A stretch of DNA of 63,249 bases, the filler included, from Reticulomyxa filosa (Eukaryota; Protista; Foraminifera): assembly GCA_000512085.1 (NCBI GenBank). It is 18 parts of 18 records of this genome, joined end to end, with 100 filler letters (N's around TTAATTAATTAA, not from the genome) between each part and the next. Parts side by side here need not be neighbours in the genome. Positions count along the whole stretch, not along the records: positions 24,619 to 27,853 come from ASPP01022618.1; positions 27,954 to 35,170 come from ASPP01023777.1; positions 35,271 to 37,636 come from ASPP01012746.1; positions 37,737 to 39,100 come from ASPP01048431.1; 14 more parts are not named here. The stretch is one strand, 5' to 3'. The translations under genes and the position numbers were made by a program. Shown here in pieces: positions 25,410-37,884 of this stretch. Within the stretch, counting starts at the first letter, position 1, and each line of letters opens with the position of its first letter. The notes below the pieces were generated by a model that saw only the letters and a program-made list of their open reading frames with translations, made no database searches and was not told the origin of the DNA.

Positions 25410-26471
25410 TTCAATAATGTGTTGTCTACTGGTATTTCCTTTTTTTAAATACTAACAAAAAATTCGAAATAATTATATGTATTGCGACCACAACATGTTG
25501 CACTTTTTTTCCAGCAAAAGCAATTTTTTTCAGAGTACAATGAAAGAAATGACTGTTACTTCGTGTCATTCCATATCTTTTTTTTTTGAGAAAAACTATG
25601 TCAAGTGTTTCTTCAAAGTTGCATCATGCATATATGATAAACACGAATATTTGCAAATAACGTTGTGTATTTTTCATTTGAAACGAAGAAATAAGCAAAT
25701 TATTTTCAATAAAAAAGTGAATCAGATCATTTTGTAAAATACTGTTCTACTACAATGAAAACTTGGTTTTAAATTCTACAAAGAAATACAGTATGATATT
25801 ATATTATTTGAACTTCACTATTTGCCTTTTTTTCCTGATCTAATGATCAATATGCTGTGTTTTCTGTTCGTACAATTAAACGCACACAATATTATCTCCG
25901 ATGAACAACTTTTTCACAGTTTGTTGCGTTTTTCCAAGTTACAATTTCTTAAAGAATAATACAGCATTCGTCAAATATCATGAATATGAACATGAACACA
26001 TATCACAAGCACAATAGTTTCACATCAAAGTGAGTGGAAAGAAAAGATATTGAACGGCTTTTTTTTGACCCCCAAAAAGTTTAAAAAAGGAAACGTACAC
26101 AGTAATACATTTTTGTTTACTACAATTTATGCTAAATGTATGATTTTTCGCTTATACATGAGTTTTTTGGCAAAAAAAGCTAAACACTATCTTCAAAATT
26201 AGTACCATTTGATAAAATAATTTTTTGACCAAAACAAATTGAAGAAGGAGCACTTAACACATTGGAATCGTTTTAATTGTATTGTTTAAAACGCTTTTCC
26301 ATTTAAAAAATTTGAAAGGAAAATATATTTTATTCATAACAAAGAGAGCATTATCAAATTTTCTATAAGGGAGAAAACGCCAGTGTTTGCACAGACAAAA
26401 TTTGCTTGCCTCTTTTTTTTGAAAGCTGTGCTGTTTTAATTTCAAACTTAGACGCTGCAAGAAACATCATA

Positions 26472-27122
26472 ATGATGGCTTTTCACACAACAAAGCTGGC
26501 TATTAGCGTGTCATGTTGCTGTTTTATGTCCCTGGTGTGCATACCGTTGATGCTGTACTACACGTACCACTGTTACAATGTACGTAATTTGCAAGCTTTC
26601 CGAAAGCGGCAGCCATTATTGCTTATGGGTGTAATCGCGGCAGGGATATTAGACAGTTTGACGATGCAAGTATACCTGTTGCTGCACGGTTTGGATTGGG
26701 ACGAGAAACACCCCCATATCATTGACATGATATTTTTCAAAGGGCCAGGGCCTGAGACACTTTACCTTTTCATCGAACTGATGTTAATACGAGTGGGCAT
26801 GATAGCATTTGAAACAAAGTATACCATGTATTCTTTCCGAGAAAAATGGAAGTCGTACGTGACCACGAGTGATCCCCATGATATCGCTAGCTGGCATATT
26901 CGTTGGTTTCCAAAGCTGCGATCGCTGACGTGGATGTCTTTTATATTTTTTTGCCGACGTATATCGTTATTATTTTCGTTCACATGTTAATAATTAGTTT
27001 GCATATCCATTACACATACCTGTAAATATGTACAATATACGTATACTGATACTTGTAAATGCTTATATAAATATATACATATATATATATGTACATATAT
27101 GTATGTATTTATACAAATATAG

Positions 27123-27153
<31 letters not shown>

Positions 27154-27703
27154 AAAAAAAAAAGAGGATCATCTTTTTTTTTAGAAGATGAAGCAATGAA
27201 TATATTTCAAACGGTAATAACGGGCTGTTATGTGTGCTTGGGCGCGATATTGGTATGGTCCATCCCGAAATACAAAGATTATTTTGGAATTCGCGACGAA
27301 GTGATAACGACATTGAAGATTGGACTGATAGCTATTGTGATGTACTTCTTCGTGTACATAGTGTTTGAACGACGCATGGATCCATTTGTTAGAGCCTTGC
27401 TGCTCACGGTTAGCTACCTTTTCGCGCTGTTTGTGATGGTGATGAGATCGACGTGGTATGTCCTTCGCGGGCAATACTCAAACATTGAAAGTCATTTACG
27501 CAAAACAAACGTTCACATTATGGGTTTGTTCGTGTGCCAATCTGATTCTGATATATTATTGTCCCCTTTCTCTTCTCCCTCTTCGTCTTCTTCTCCTTCT
27601 CATCCTGTTTCCCCTGCTCTCTCCGGTTCTGTTGTGCTCGATTTTGTTGACGTCGTGAAAGATTTGAAGGGATTTGAATTGTTTATGGAGCATTTGTTTT
27701 CAG
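26472..27703 (+). CDS. Multi-pass membrane protein, probable 7TM-RGS (3'-truncated)
   Basis: About seven hydrophobic segments, RKRQP and KDYFGIRDEV, then DFVDVVKDLKGFELFMEHLFS resembling the start of an RGS box. Confidence 0.65.
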
Positions 27704-27996
27704 GTGTGTGTGTGTGTTGTTTTTTTTTTGTTGTTGTTTTGTATACGTATGTGCACTTATAAGTATTAGAGACTGATACAAAAATGGAAAAAAAAAAAAG
27801 TAACGTGATGCATGCAACGTATGCTACGTGCTGTATACGTATGTAAGTTGAAANNNNNNNNNNNNNNNNNNNNNNNNNNNNNNNNNNNNNNNNNNNNTTA
27901 ATTAATTAANNNNNNNNNNNNNNNNNNNNNNNNNNNNNNNNNNNNNNNNNNNNTTCTTATTTTCAATACATGTTCAATTTATATGAACTCTTTCGA

Positions 27997-29485
27997 ATGA
28001 ACTTTTTGTGTTTCTAACGAAAATTTTAGTATCAATTGTGATTATTTTTTCTGGTTTACTGGTATATACGTTTACACTTTTATAAGTAGTTTGTAAAAAC
28101 AATAAACAAAAATTTAGTAAAGTTGTTGTAAGAAAAAAATTTTCAAAAATGATTGTAATGGGGGAGTTTTCCTGTTGGACTTGCTTTAGTTGCAGTCACA
28201 ATTTTTCATATAAACTTTTGTTTTTCAACATTACAACAAGTTTTTTATTTTTGTTATTCTTTGACTTTTAGTCATGACTCACAAGCTGTCTGGAATACAA
28301 TAATGAACTTTATTTGGAAGAATACGTATGTGAATGTCATATCGTAAGGCTGACAAGCAATTTGGGATAAATCATGACACAGCAAAAAAAGTTTATCTCA
28401 GCATCAATATTGAAACGATTACATGCAAAAGAGTCTCTGGATGTCCTAAAACGTAGACTGATAGAGATGATAGGCTTGCGAAACGCTTAATTTACTCTGT
28501 AGAGGCACAAACGGCAGTAGATTTGCAGCGACTACTAGCACGAATATATAAAGGAGCGTTCTCCTTGAGCAATGTGAAAACATTTTAAAATACCAGGGTT
28601 TAAATGGTCGCATACGTATCAAAAAGCCTAGGTTAACTAAGCGCCATAAAAATTTACGTTTAAAGTTCGCCAAAAAACACAAATCATGGACCAAAAGTGA
28701 ATTGATTTTTTCCGATGAAACGAAAATAAATCGTTTCGGAAATGACAGAAAAGAATACATTTGGTGAAGACATAATGAAATGATTTTCGGTCGTACTACT
28801 AAGCCTACAGTGAAAGGTGGTGGAGGAAGCATGATGATTTGGGGATGCTGCCAAAATTACAGGAACTCTGAGTCGTATAAAGAGATTCTCGCTGCGAAAT
28901 GTGGAACTATCGTCAATATTGTATCGAAAAAAAGTATCATGATGACTTTATCTTTCAGCAAGACAATGAATCTTGTCACAAGTCAAACTCAACAAAGATC
29001 ACCAAAACCATGATGTTACATCTTTGGAGCAGCTTTGGGATTTGTTTGAGAAAGAGTGGTAAGAGACTTAAAAAGATATTTGTAGAACGTTAGTGGAATC
29101 CATGACTGATAGGATAAAAGTTTTGATCAAAGCAAGGGGTGGTCATACAAAATATTTAGAATTTTTGTTGGTGTTTTTTGTTTGTTTTTATTTTTTGTAA
29201 CGGTGGTTATTATATATCTACTGTGGAAGCCTATTCTCGTAAATAATTTTGTAAAAAGCAAATACATTCTGCTACCTACATCAAGGTGATGCAATCATGT
29301 TTGAAAATTTTTTTCTTCAACAACTTTTCTAAATTTTTGTTTATTGTTTGTACAAACTACTTATAAAAGTGTAAACGTATATACAGTAAACCAGAAAAAA
29401 TAATCACAATTTGATACTAAAATTTTCGTTACAAACACAAAAAGTTCATATTTTAGGGTTGTCTAATTTTTTTTTGTCGCAACTG
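27997..29485 (+). mobile_element. Tc1/mariner transposon with long TIRs and a dead transposase
   Basis: Inverted repeats ~27997-28155 and ~29292-29449; right end ..CAACTG followed by TA. Broken motifs KKPRLTKRHKNLRLKFAKKH, IFSDETKIN, PTVKGGGGSMMIWGC and FIFQQDNESCHKS. Confidence 0.92.
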
Positions 29486-29617
29486 TATAATGCCATTTAG
29501 ATATGGCAGTTTTTTTTGCAATCTACTGTATAATAATATATTGAAATATCTCCGAAACGCGTTTTAGCATATGTGTCTATAATGACTTAAATAATTCTCA
29601 ACTTATGATGTTAGTGT

Positions 29618-32280
29618 ATGCAACTAAAAAACTGAACAGAAAAGGAAAAAATTATCTGATGACGAAAATGATGACTTGTATCAAGCATATCAACATAATA
29701 GTAAAAGGCAAAAGATTGAGCCTAAAGTACCTCAATTAGAAAAAAATAGTTGAAATTAATGAAGAAGATGAAATGATAAAGAAAATAATACAAAATGCAA
29801 TTTAAATGAAGAAAAAAAGGATGAGAAAGTAAATGAAAATAATGTTCGGAAAAAAAGCAGAAAAATCAGACGACAATATTTTTGCACTAATTTTCCAACA
29901 TTAGTAATTACTCCTGTCAAAGGAAGGACGTTGTTATCTACATCATCTTTAATTCGTTTTATATTTAATGATACACACAGTAAAGAACTTGTTCAAAATT
30001 TTTCTAAAGATGATAATGAAGTGCAATTTATAACATCAAAATGCTTTATATTTCAAATATTATATCAAGAAGAAGCAAAAAAGAAGATTGAAGATTTGAA
30101 CAATCCAAATGTGAATCGTTATGTCCTCATTAAAATTATAAACATACGTGAATCAGAAAAAGGAATACTTGAATCGCTTGCAGGATATAAATATAATATC
30201 CAAGAAATTCAACGTCTCAAAGGACTTGCAATAGTAAAAGTGTTAATGTCATAAGCCGAAGAGGTAAAACACATTCTAAATGACAATAATATTTTTATTG
30301 GATATCGACAAGTGAAGGTGAAATTTTGACCAAAATCGTCGTTGCCCAAGGAAATCATTAAACAATATCGAAAATGCCATGGTTTAAATCATATTGCAAA
30401 TGAGTGAAATAAAAAACCAGTATGCAAGTATTGTGGAAAAATGAATCATGGTTTTACTCAATGCAAGTTTAAAAAATCACCAAAGAAACATTATTGTGTG
30501 TTATGTAAAGGCAATCATATAAGCGATTTATTGATTTGTATAAAAACTAAAGATGTCATACAGAAACTTGAAATTTTATTTACAAAACGCGAAAATGATA
30601 TCATTAATAGAAAAATGAATCAAAACAACAACCAAATCAAAACGACAACAATTCTGCTTTAAAAATCAGACAAATTCAAGCAAACACATACAGACACAAA
30701 TTCAAAATACTGACAAACAAAAATTACATCCAAATAAAAAATAATCAAACTATGCAAAAAAAAAATTTTTGTTAACAAAAAATTGAGTTTTCTCAAAAGC
30801 TACGCAATGTAGAAGAATAATCTTTTTTTTACAATATCTACGTACTGAAAAATTTCTGAAAATGCTTTAAAAAAGTTGGCAAATTTCATGGTTACGACAT
30901 AGGCACGATTGTATACTTTTTCCGAAAATTTTCAAAAATCAATAAAATATTCAAATTTTTTAAACAATTATGAAAGATTTAATAAAAAGCTAAATTCAAA
31001 ATTATTTAAAACTACACGATTTATAGATATTTTTAAAAAATGGTCTGGATGTTGTTTTTTCATGAAGAAAGTCAATCGTCTCTATAAGTGTCGTTTTAGG
31101 TGCCATTTTACTTTGCATTCTAATGTACTTAGGATTAATAATAGACTAAAGTCTAATGTATAAAGAACATGTCAATTATGTATATTGGAAAGCAGAAGAA
31201 AACCTGGATATTACATTCTTATGTTCCTACGAAGGAATTAGTCCCAGATTGAATGTTTACAATTTAATGTATAAAACAATAATTAGACCAATTTTAGAAT
31301 ATGCATATGCGTTCTGCTAAGTCACATAAGAAAAAGTTAGAAAAAATTCAACGAGGTGTAATATGCAGAATATTGGGAGTAATGCAAAGCAGCACATATG
31401 ATACTGTAAATATTAATCTCAATGTACCTTTTGGAGTTAAGGAGGTAAAATTATTTCAAAGATTTGGAACGTTCGTGGAAAAATTTCCAAAACACAATCA
31501 ATCAAACACATTGACATGGAAAAACAAGCATTAATTTAAACATGATGAATATTCTTGTTGGTTAGGTAAATCATCAACATTATCACGTGCGTGCATTAAC
31601 ATATAACTGGCCACTTTATATGGAATTAATTGAACATCATTTAAAGTCATTCAAGGAATTAATGAAATTGTTTGACATCTGTCCCAAATCAAATTAAATC
31701 ACTATTCGAAAGATGGAATGAGCTAATATCAAGCCAAATTCTAGAGTCATTTGATGATAAATGTGGTGTTATATTTACAGATGGTATTACAATATCTAAA
31801 AAATGTGTTGATTAGTAGTGAAATTAAGTCAATCAGAATTGCTTTGGAATACATATCAAAATATTGTCAAAATAAAAAATTCCTAGTAATTATACTGAAT
31901 GACTGCAAATTCGCATTAAATGCCATTACAAACAAATGTAATGCTTATTGTACAAAAAACAATTGTACTTGTCAAAAAATAATATTACAAATTTGACCTG
32001 AAAATGTACCAGAAATATACTGAATTAAAGGCCATTCTAGAATCCCAGTAAATGAGAAAGCTGGCGAAGTATCAAGAAAAGCAACCTGAATTATATCAAA
32101 GGCATTATAAAAGTGTATCACTTTTGAAGGCAGATAGCATGATCCATATTTTACACTAGTATGGAACAGACATGCAAAATACACAAAATTTGTAGACAAT
32201 GATAATCAGTGATTGAACCAACATTAGCATCAATTTCAAGCAAACAGTGAAAGCAGGTAAAACTAGTACAACAGAGACTT
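29618..32280 (+). mobile_element. Degenerate non-LTR retrotransposon (ORF1 zinc knuckles, post-RT region, RNase H)
   Basis: RKCHGLNHIANE, CKYCGKMNHGFTQC, CVLCKGNH; YKTIIRPILEY; LEKIQRGVICRILG..YDTV; IFTDG, SEIKSIRIAL, ILNDCKFAL, IKGHSRIPVNEKA; many stops. Confidence 0.85.
30760..31125 (+). mobile_element. Tc1-like terminal remnant nested in the non-LTR element
   Basis: 30930-31127 aligns by eye with 6270-6475 (AAAACTAC-CGATT-TAGATATTTTTAAAAAAT..TGTTGTTTTTCATG-AGAAA..TCTCTATAAG..TTTTAGGTG) and ends in TG followed by TA. Confidence 0.7.
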
Positions 32281-32630
32281 ACTCTACATTCTCTTTAAAA
32301 GATTAGCATATAAAAGGTGGTTGTGAAAATAAATGATATGAATGTGAAATATATAGACAGAAAAATCTTAGAGAAAAAAAATGATATATTATCAAGCTTA
32401 CTTACTATTTTTCAACTTTATTAGTTTTTTTTTTTTTAACTATCCTTAAAATTTTTAAATAAATCATTCTGTTAGATTATTTTTTTGATTAAAAATCATG
32501 AACCTGAATGCTAATAGTAAACGACAAAATTTCTGTATGCTCAAATCCATAATCTCTTCTTTTTTTTGTGTGTTTATGAAAAGGGGGTGGCATTAGTGGC
32601 TCTATTTTTGACAATTCGGACACGAACAAC

Positions 32631-32693
32631 TCGAATAATGCTACCATACAATCGAATAATACTACCATACAATCGAATAATGTTACTAGCGAA
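32631..32693 (+). repeat. Three copies of a 21-bp tandem repeat (TCGAATAATRCTACCATACAA; third copy degenerate)
   Basis: Directly visible; mirrored at 34649-34711. Confidence 0.9.
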
Positions 32694-32986
32694 TCTGAGC
32701 AAAAAAATACAGTTTTGTAAGATAGAGTGTTTATCCATTTACATGTAACAAATCTTGTAAAAATGTTGTTATGATTTCCAAGAATATTAGCCGTGCGGAA
32801 TATTTGAATACTGGAAGCTTTTCACAGGTTTGTAAATAGTAAAACATTCCAATGCATTGCTTTTATATTTACTTTTGCCATAAAAATTGTCTTTGAGAAA
32901 TTAATAATTATAGGCAATAAAAAATATAATGTAATTTTTTTTTTTTTTTGTCATCTTAAAAAAATAATAATAACTTATCCGATCAA

Positions 32987-33446
32987 ATGAATTGCAAGAC
33001 ATCACAAACGCCATCAAATATCCCGTTAAAAGAAGATATAAAAACTAAACAATCCAAAAAGAAACAACCGAAACATGTTAGTCACAGTTCCTTCATTTTT
33101 GTTTTATTTTAAAAAATAAGATAAAAGAAAATTAACAAATTAATGGTTTTATGACAAGACATCAGCACGAATGTTTAATATGCCACATGCCTCGTCAAAA
33201 CACAAACAGAAAAAGAAACGACGGAAACGATGGAAACGACAGAATCAATCTTGCGAGACATTAGCAGGAGTACCTGATATATCAAATGTCTTGCCAAAAT
33301 CTAAACACAAAAAGAAACGACCGAATCAATCTTGCATGACAAAGCATCCACAAAATATAAGTAGCCAAAATAATGCTTCGATGCAAGCACTTCCTAGTAA
33401 AAAAAGAAATTGTATGCAAAATACAGACACAAATGCTAACAGCTAA
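32987..33446 (+). CDS. Small Lys-rich repeat protein (125 aa, 2 exons), left-arm copy
   Basis: Exon 32987-33076 (30 codons) and an 82-nt GTTAGT..AAG intron splice in frame to 33159-33446. Confidence 0.6.
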
Positions 33447-33898
33447 CAATACCTTATTCTGTTTTTTTTTGTTTTTTTTTTGAGTTGTTTCAATTTTCTG
33501 CGTGGAGTGATTGAGTGATTTTGGAGGGAGGGGGTCTATGGATTTAAAAAATTTGTTTATTCTTACTCTATAATATTTTTTATGTTTCAAAAATAAAAAA
33601 TATTTCATCGTTTTCGGTCGACAGGTCATCATTACAACTTTTTTTAAAAATCTGATTTATTTGTTAGATCTTGCACAAACAAATTATAGATTTGTAATAA
33701 ACCCATTTTATGAATGTCTCTTTTTTTATGACAATTTGAAAGCGAGACGAGAGTATAAAAGTAAAAGAATCTCACACGAAAAATATACAACAAATTTTTT
33801 AAATCCATAGACCCCCTCCCTCCAAAATCACTCAATCACTCCACGCAGAAAATTGAAACAACTCAAAAAAAAAACAAAAAAAACAGAATAAGGTATTG

Positions 33899-34358
33899 TT
33901 AGCTGTTAGCATTTGTGTCTGTATTTTGCATACAATTTCTTTTTTTACTAGGAAGTGCTTGCATCGAAGCATTATTTTGGCTACTTATATTTTGTGGATG
34001 CTTTGTCATGCAAGATTGATTCGGTCGTTTCTTTTTGTGTTTAGATTTTGGCAAGACATTTGATATATCAGGTACTCCTGCTAATGTCTCGCAAGATTGA
34101 TTCTGTCGTTTCCATCGTTTCCGTCGTTTCTTTTTCTGTTTGTGTTTTGACGAGGCATGTGGCATATTAAACATTCGTGCTGATGTCTTGTCATAAAACC
34201 ATTAATTTGTTAATTTTCTTTTATCTTATTTTTTAAAATAAAACAAAAATGAAGGAACTGTGACTAACATGTTTCGGTTGTTTCTTTTTGGATTGTTTAG
34301 TTTTTATATCTTCTTTTAACGGGATATTTGATGGCGTTTGTGATGTCTTGCAATTCAT
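33899..34358 (-). CDS. Small Lys-rich repeat protein, right-arm copy
   Basis: Mirror copy of 32987-33446 with the same translation. Confidence 0.6.
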
Positions 34359-35339
34359 TTGATCGGATAAGTTATTATTATTTTTTTAAGATGACAAAAA
34401 AAAAAAATTACATTATATTTTTTATTGCCTATAATTATTAATTTCTCAAAGACAATTTTTATGGCAAAAGTAAATATAAAAGCAATGCATTGGAATGTTT
34501 TACTATTTACAAACCTGTGAAAAGCTTCCAGTATTCAAATATTCCGCACGGCTAATATTCTTGGAAATCATAACAACATTTTTACAAGATTTGTTACATG
34601 TAAATGGATAAACACTCTATCTTACAAAACTGTATTTTTTTGCTCAGATTCGCTAGTAACATTATTCGATTGTATGGTAGTATTATTCGATTGTATGGTA
34701 GCATTATTCGAGTTGTTCGTGTCCGAATTGTCAAAAATAGAGCCACTAATGCCACCCCCTTTTCATAAACACACAAAAAAAAGAAGAGATTATGGATTTG
34801 AGCATACAGAAATTTTGTCGTTTACTATTAGCATTCAGGTTCATGATTTTTAATCAAAAAATAATCTAACAGAATGATTTATTAAAATTTAAGGATAGTT
34901 AAAAAAAAAACTAATAAAGTTGAAAATATTTAAAAGAAAAATAATTAAATTATTAATTATTATAAACTTTTGTATTGTTCAATCGGAAAAGTAGTCTAAG
35001 GAATTCAAAGAAAGTAAATCTGCTTGCGAAGAATATTGAATCAAACAAAACGCAAATGTGCAACAATATATTATCAAGCAAAGAACTGCACCTGAAAAAG
35101 TCATTATAAAATGAAGTCAACAAGCAATATACAGTAGAATGCAAAGTAAAGTTGATACCTAAAATAGCACNNNNNNNNNNNNNNNNNNNNNNNNNNNNNN
35201 NNNNNNNNNNNNNNTTAATTAATTAANNNNNNNNNNNNNNNNNNNNNNNNNNNNNNNNNNNNNNNNNNNNATATATATATACATGTATATATGTATATAT
35301 ATATTTTGCTATCATTTGTATTTGGCTAAACAACCAAGA

Positions 35340-36237
35340 CACATTTGAACAGATCAGATACTTCAAACTATTGAAATTGTTTCAAGGATTTGTCCCTCTG
35401 ACAAGTGTAAAGTTTTGCACAGACGGAACGCGACTTGTTTCGTCTCCCTGTACCGGATCAATTCAAATATGGGATTTGTCATCTGGAAGAGTAATTCGAA
35501 GATTAGAGGGACATTCGGATTGGATTTGTAATGCACAATTTTCACCAGATGGAAATATGATTGTGTCATGTTCAGAAGATAAAACAATTCGATTATGGGA
35601 TGCGCAATCAGCAAGGGAAGTCACAAAAATTGCAAAACATACGGATTATGTCACAAAGGCTCAATTCTCACCAGATGGACAAACAATTGTATCTAGCTCA
35701 TGGGATGGGACTATTCGATTATGGGAAGTGGCATCTGGAAAAGAATTGAAAAGGTTGGAAGGTCATTCTGCCAATATCAATGATGTACAATTTTCACCAG
35801 ATAATCAAACCATTTTGTCATGTTCTGATGATAAAACGATTGCAATATGGGATATACAATCAGGAAATAAATTGCATCAATTCTTTGGACATTTAGGCGC
35901 TGTAAGAAAGGCACAATTTTCACCAGATGGTCGTTATGTTGTATCTTGCTCAAATGACATGACAGTTCGGATATGGAATGTGAAAACACAACAGCAAATA
36001 AGAAAATTTGAAGGGCATAAGAAGGGCGTAAGTGGTGTACAATTCACTTTAGATGGCCGGATGGTTATCTCATGTTCATGGGACAAAACAATTCGATTGT
36101 GGGATGTACAATCTGGATGTGAGGTGCAGGAGTTGCAAGCACATTCATTGGGAGTAACTGGAATTGATCTTTCACCTGATGGGGGCATGATCGTTTCGTC
36201 TTCCAGTGATAAAACAATTGGGCTGTGGGGATATTAA
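35340..36237 (+). CDS. WD40-repeat protein (about 7 repeats), 3' exon
   Basis: Highly similar repeats GHxxxVxxAQFSPDGxxIVSCSxDKTIRLWD. Confidence 0.95.
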
Positions 36238-36790
36238 ATACATAATAAAATGCTATTCGCTCAAGTTGAATGTCTAATAATTTAGTGTTTTGATTTGAAA
36301 TGAAAATTTTTGGATTTGCTTCAGTTTCTTGTGAAAAAAAAAATATGACAATCGACAACTCTTAATCTTAGCAATGCCTCAAAAGTCAAGACGAGTTTTT
36401 TGGCTTTAACTACTTCCTCATTTTTTCATAAACAAAATAATACTTTAACTTTGTACGAATAGAATTTGAGAAAAACAAAATTGCAATCAATCAATCTAAA
36501 CCAGCAATAAAAAACAATTGTAAGTTGTATGCTGAATGTAGCTATTACTGATCGGTTTTGTAGTTTTGTTTGGTTTTTGTAGCCGGAATGGCAACACTCA
36601 CCAGTTGATTCATTTGTTATTTCTTTCATTTTTCTTTGACTACTCGTACAGTTTTTGGTGCGTGTATCTGACAATTCATTGTGACACTATTTTTTTCCCG
36701 ATGAAAATTATGGGCTGAACAACCTAAAAGGGCTTGACCGCCATCCAAAAAAAAATAATAAAATAATCATCTCTGATAATGTGCAATAAA

Positions 36791-37625
36791 ATGAATCCGC
36801 CCTCTCGTGCTCAAATTCAACAAATAATTGGGCATGCATGCATATTCCTTCATTGTATCTTAGCAGTGGCCATGGCAGAAACAACAAAATTTGTGCTCGA
36901 ATCTTACGAGCACCCGTTAGTATTGAGATATGTGAATATAGGAATGTGCGTAATATTATTTGGACCGGTCTATTGTTACAACCGACAAAGAGATGATCGT
37001 TATTCGCACACCCGAGCGAGAGTAGGTGATGGAAAAAAGCAAGCAATTTTCGAACGTGTGAATACTCAAGCCGATGTGGAAGAAGAAGCTGTAATCGACG
37101 AAGAGCCGAGCAATAATGATAATAACAACAATAATAATAATGATAATAATAACAACAACAACGAGCAAGAAAACAATAAATCCAATAAGTATCTGGGCCA
37201 TATAATTGAAGCACCAATATCGACGTTGTTTAAGTATACGTTATTGGGAGCAGTGTTTAATACTGGCGGAGGTTTTTGTTTATTTGCGTCGCTGTTAGGC
37301 ACAAGTGTCCCCACCTCGACAGCATTGGTAAGATTGAAATCAGTGTTTTGCTTCATCATCTCTGCCGTACTTTTTCGTGAAAAAGTGACACCCTGGAAAA
37401 TTGCAGCTGTGGCCGTATCATTCATTGGTGTCTTATGTTTCCTAAATGAACTGAGTGCCAATTCTGGAAGCGGAAATACCAAAGACACCTGGTGGGGCAT
37501 CGTTTTGGTGATTTTCACGTCGATCTTATTTCCAATGGGTGACCTTGTTTATCAAAGGACATATCAAACCTGTTTTCCACACCAACGAGTTTTTGGGACA
37601 TTTTTATATCAAAGTCTTCTTGGTT
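36791..37625 (+). CDS. SLC35F/EamA-like DMT transporter, 5' part
   Basis: TM helices; FASLLGTSVPTSTALVRLKSVFCFIISAVLFREKVTPWKIAAV; DTWWGIVL. Confidence 0.8.
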
Positions 37626-37884
37626 TGTTTTTTTTTNNNNNNNNNNNNNNNNNNNNNNNNNNNNNNNNNNNNNNNNNNNNTTAATTAATTAANNNNNNNN
37701 NNNNNNNNNNNNNNNNNNNNNNNNNNNNNNNNNNNNAACAAAATCAGTCACCAACACTAACAAACTTAAATTAAACTATTACACCAAAAATAAAACAAAC
37801 AAACAAAAATTTGCAGGCATTTACCCCTGTTGATTTTTAGTTAGTCAATGATGATTCAGGGGGATTTAATTTTTTTTTTTTTTT

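Larger units (their letters stand above)
32408..34927. repeat. Large inverted repeat: arms 32408-33557 and 33789-34927, 231-bp spacer
   Basis: The arms are reverse complements. Identical mirrored ORF pairs occur at 33171-33446(+)/33899-34174(-) and 32566-32748(+)/34594-34776(-). Confidence 0.97.

Noticed and set aside
32631-32693. 21-bp repeats as a CRISPR array
   Set aside because: They are directly tandem with no spacers, there are no cas genes, and the context is eukaryotic.
32566-32748. 60-aa ORF with RIMLPYN repeats as a gene
   Set aside because: It has a non-ATG start, and the periodicity comes from the 21-bp DNA repeat.
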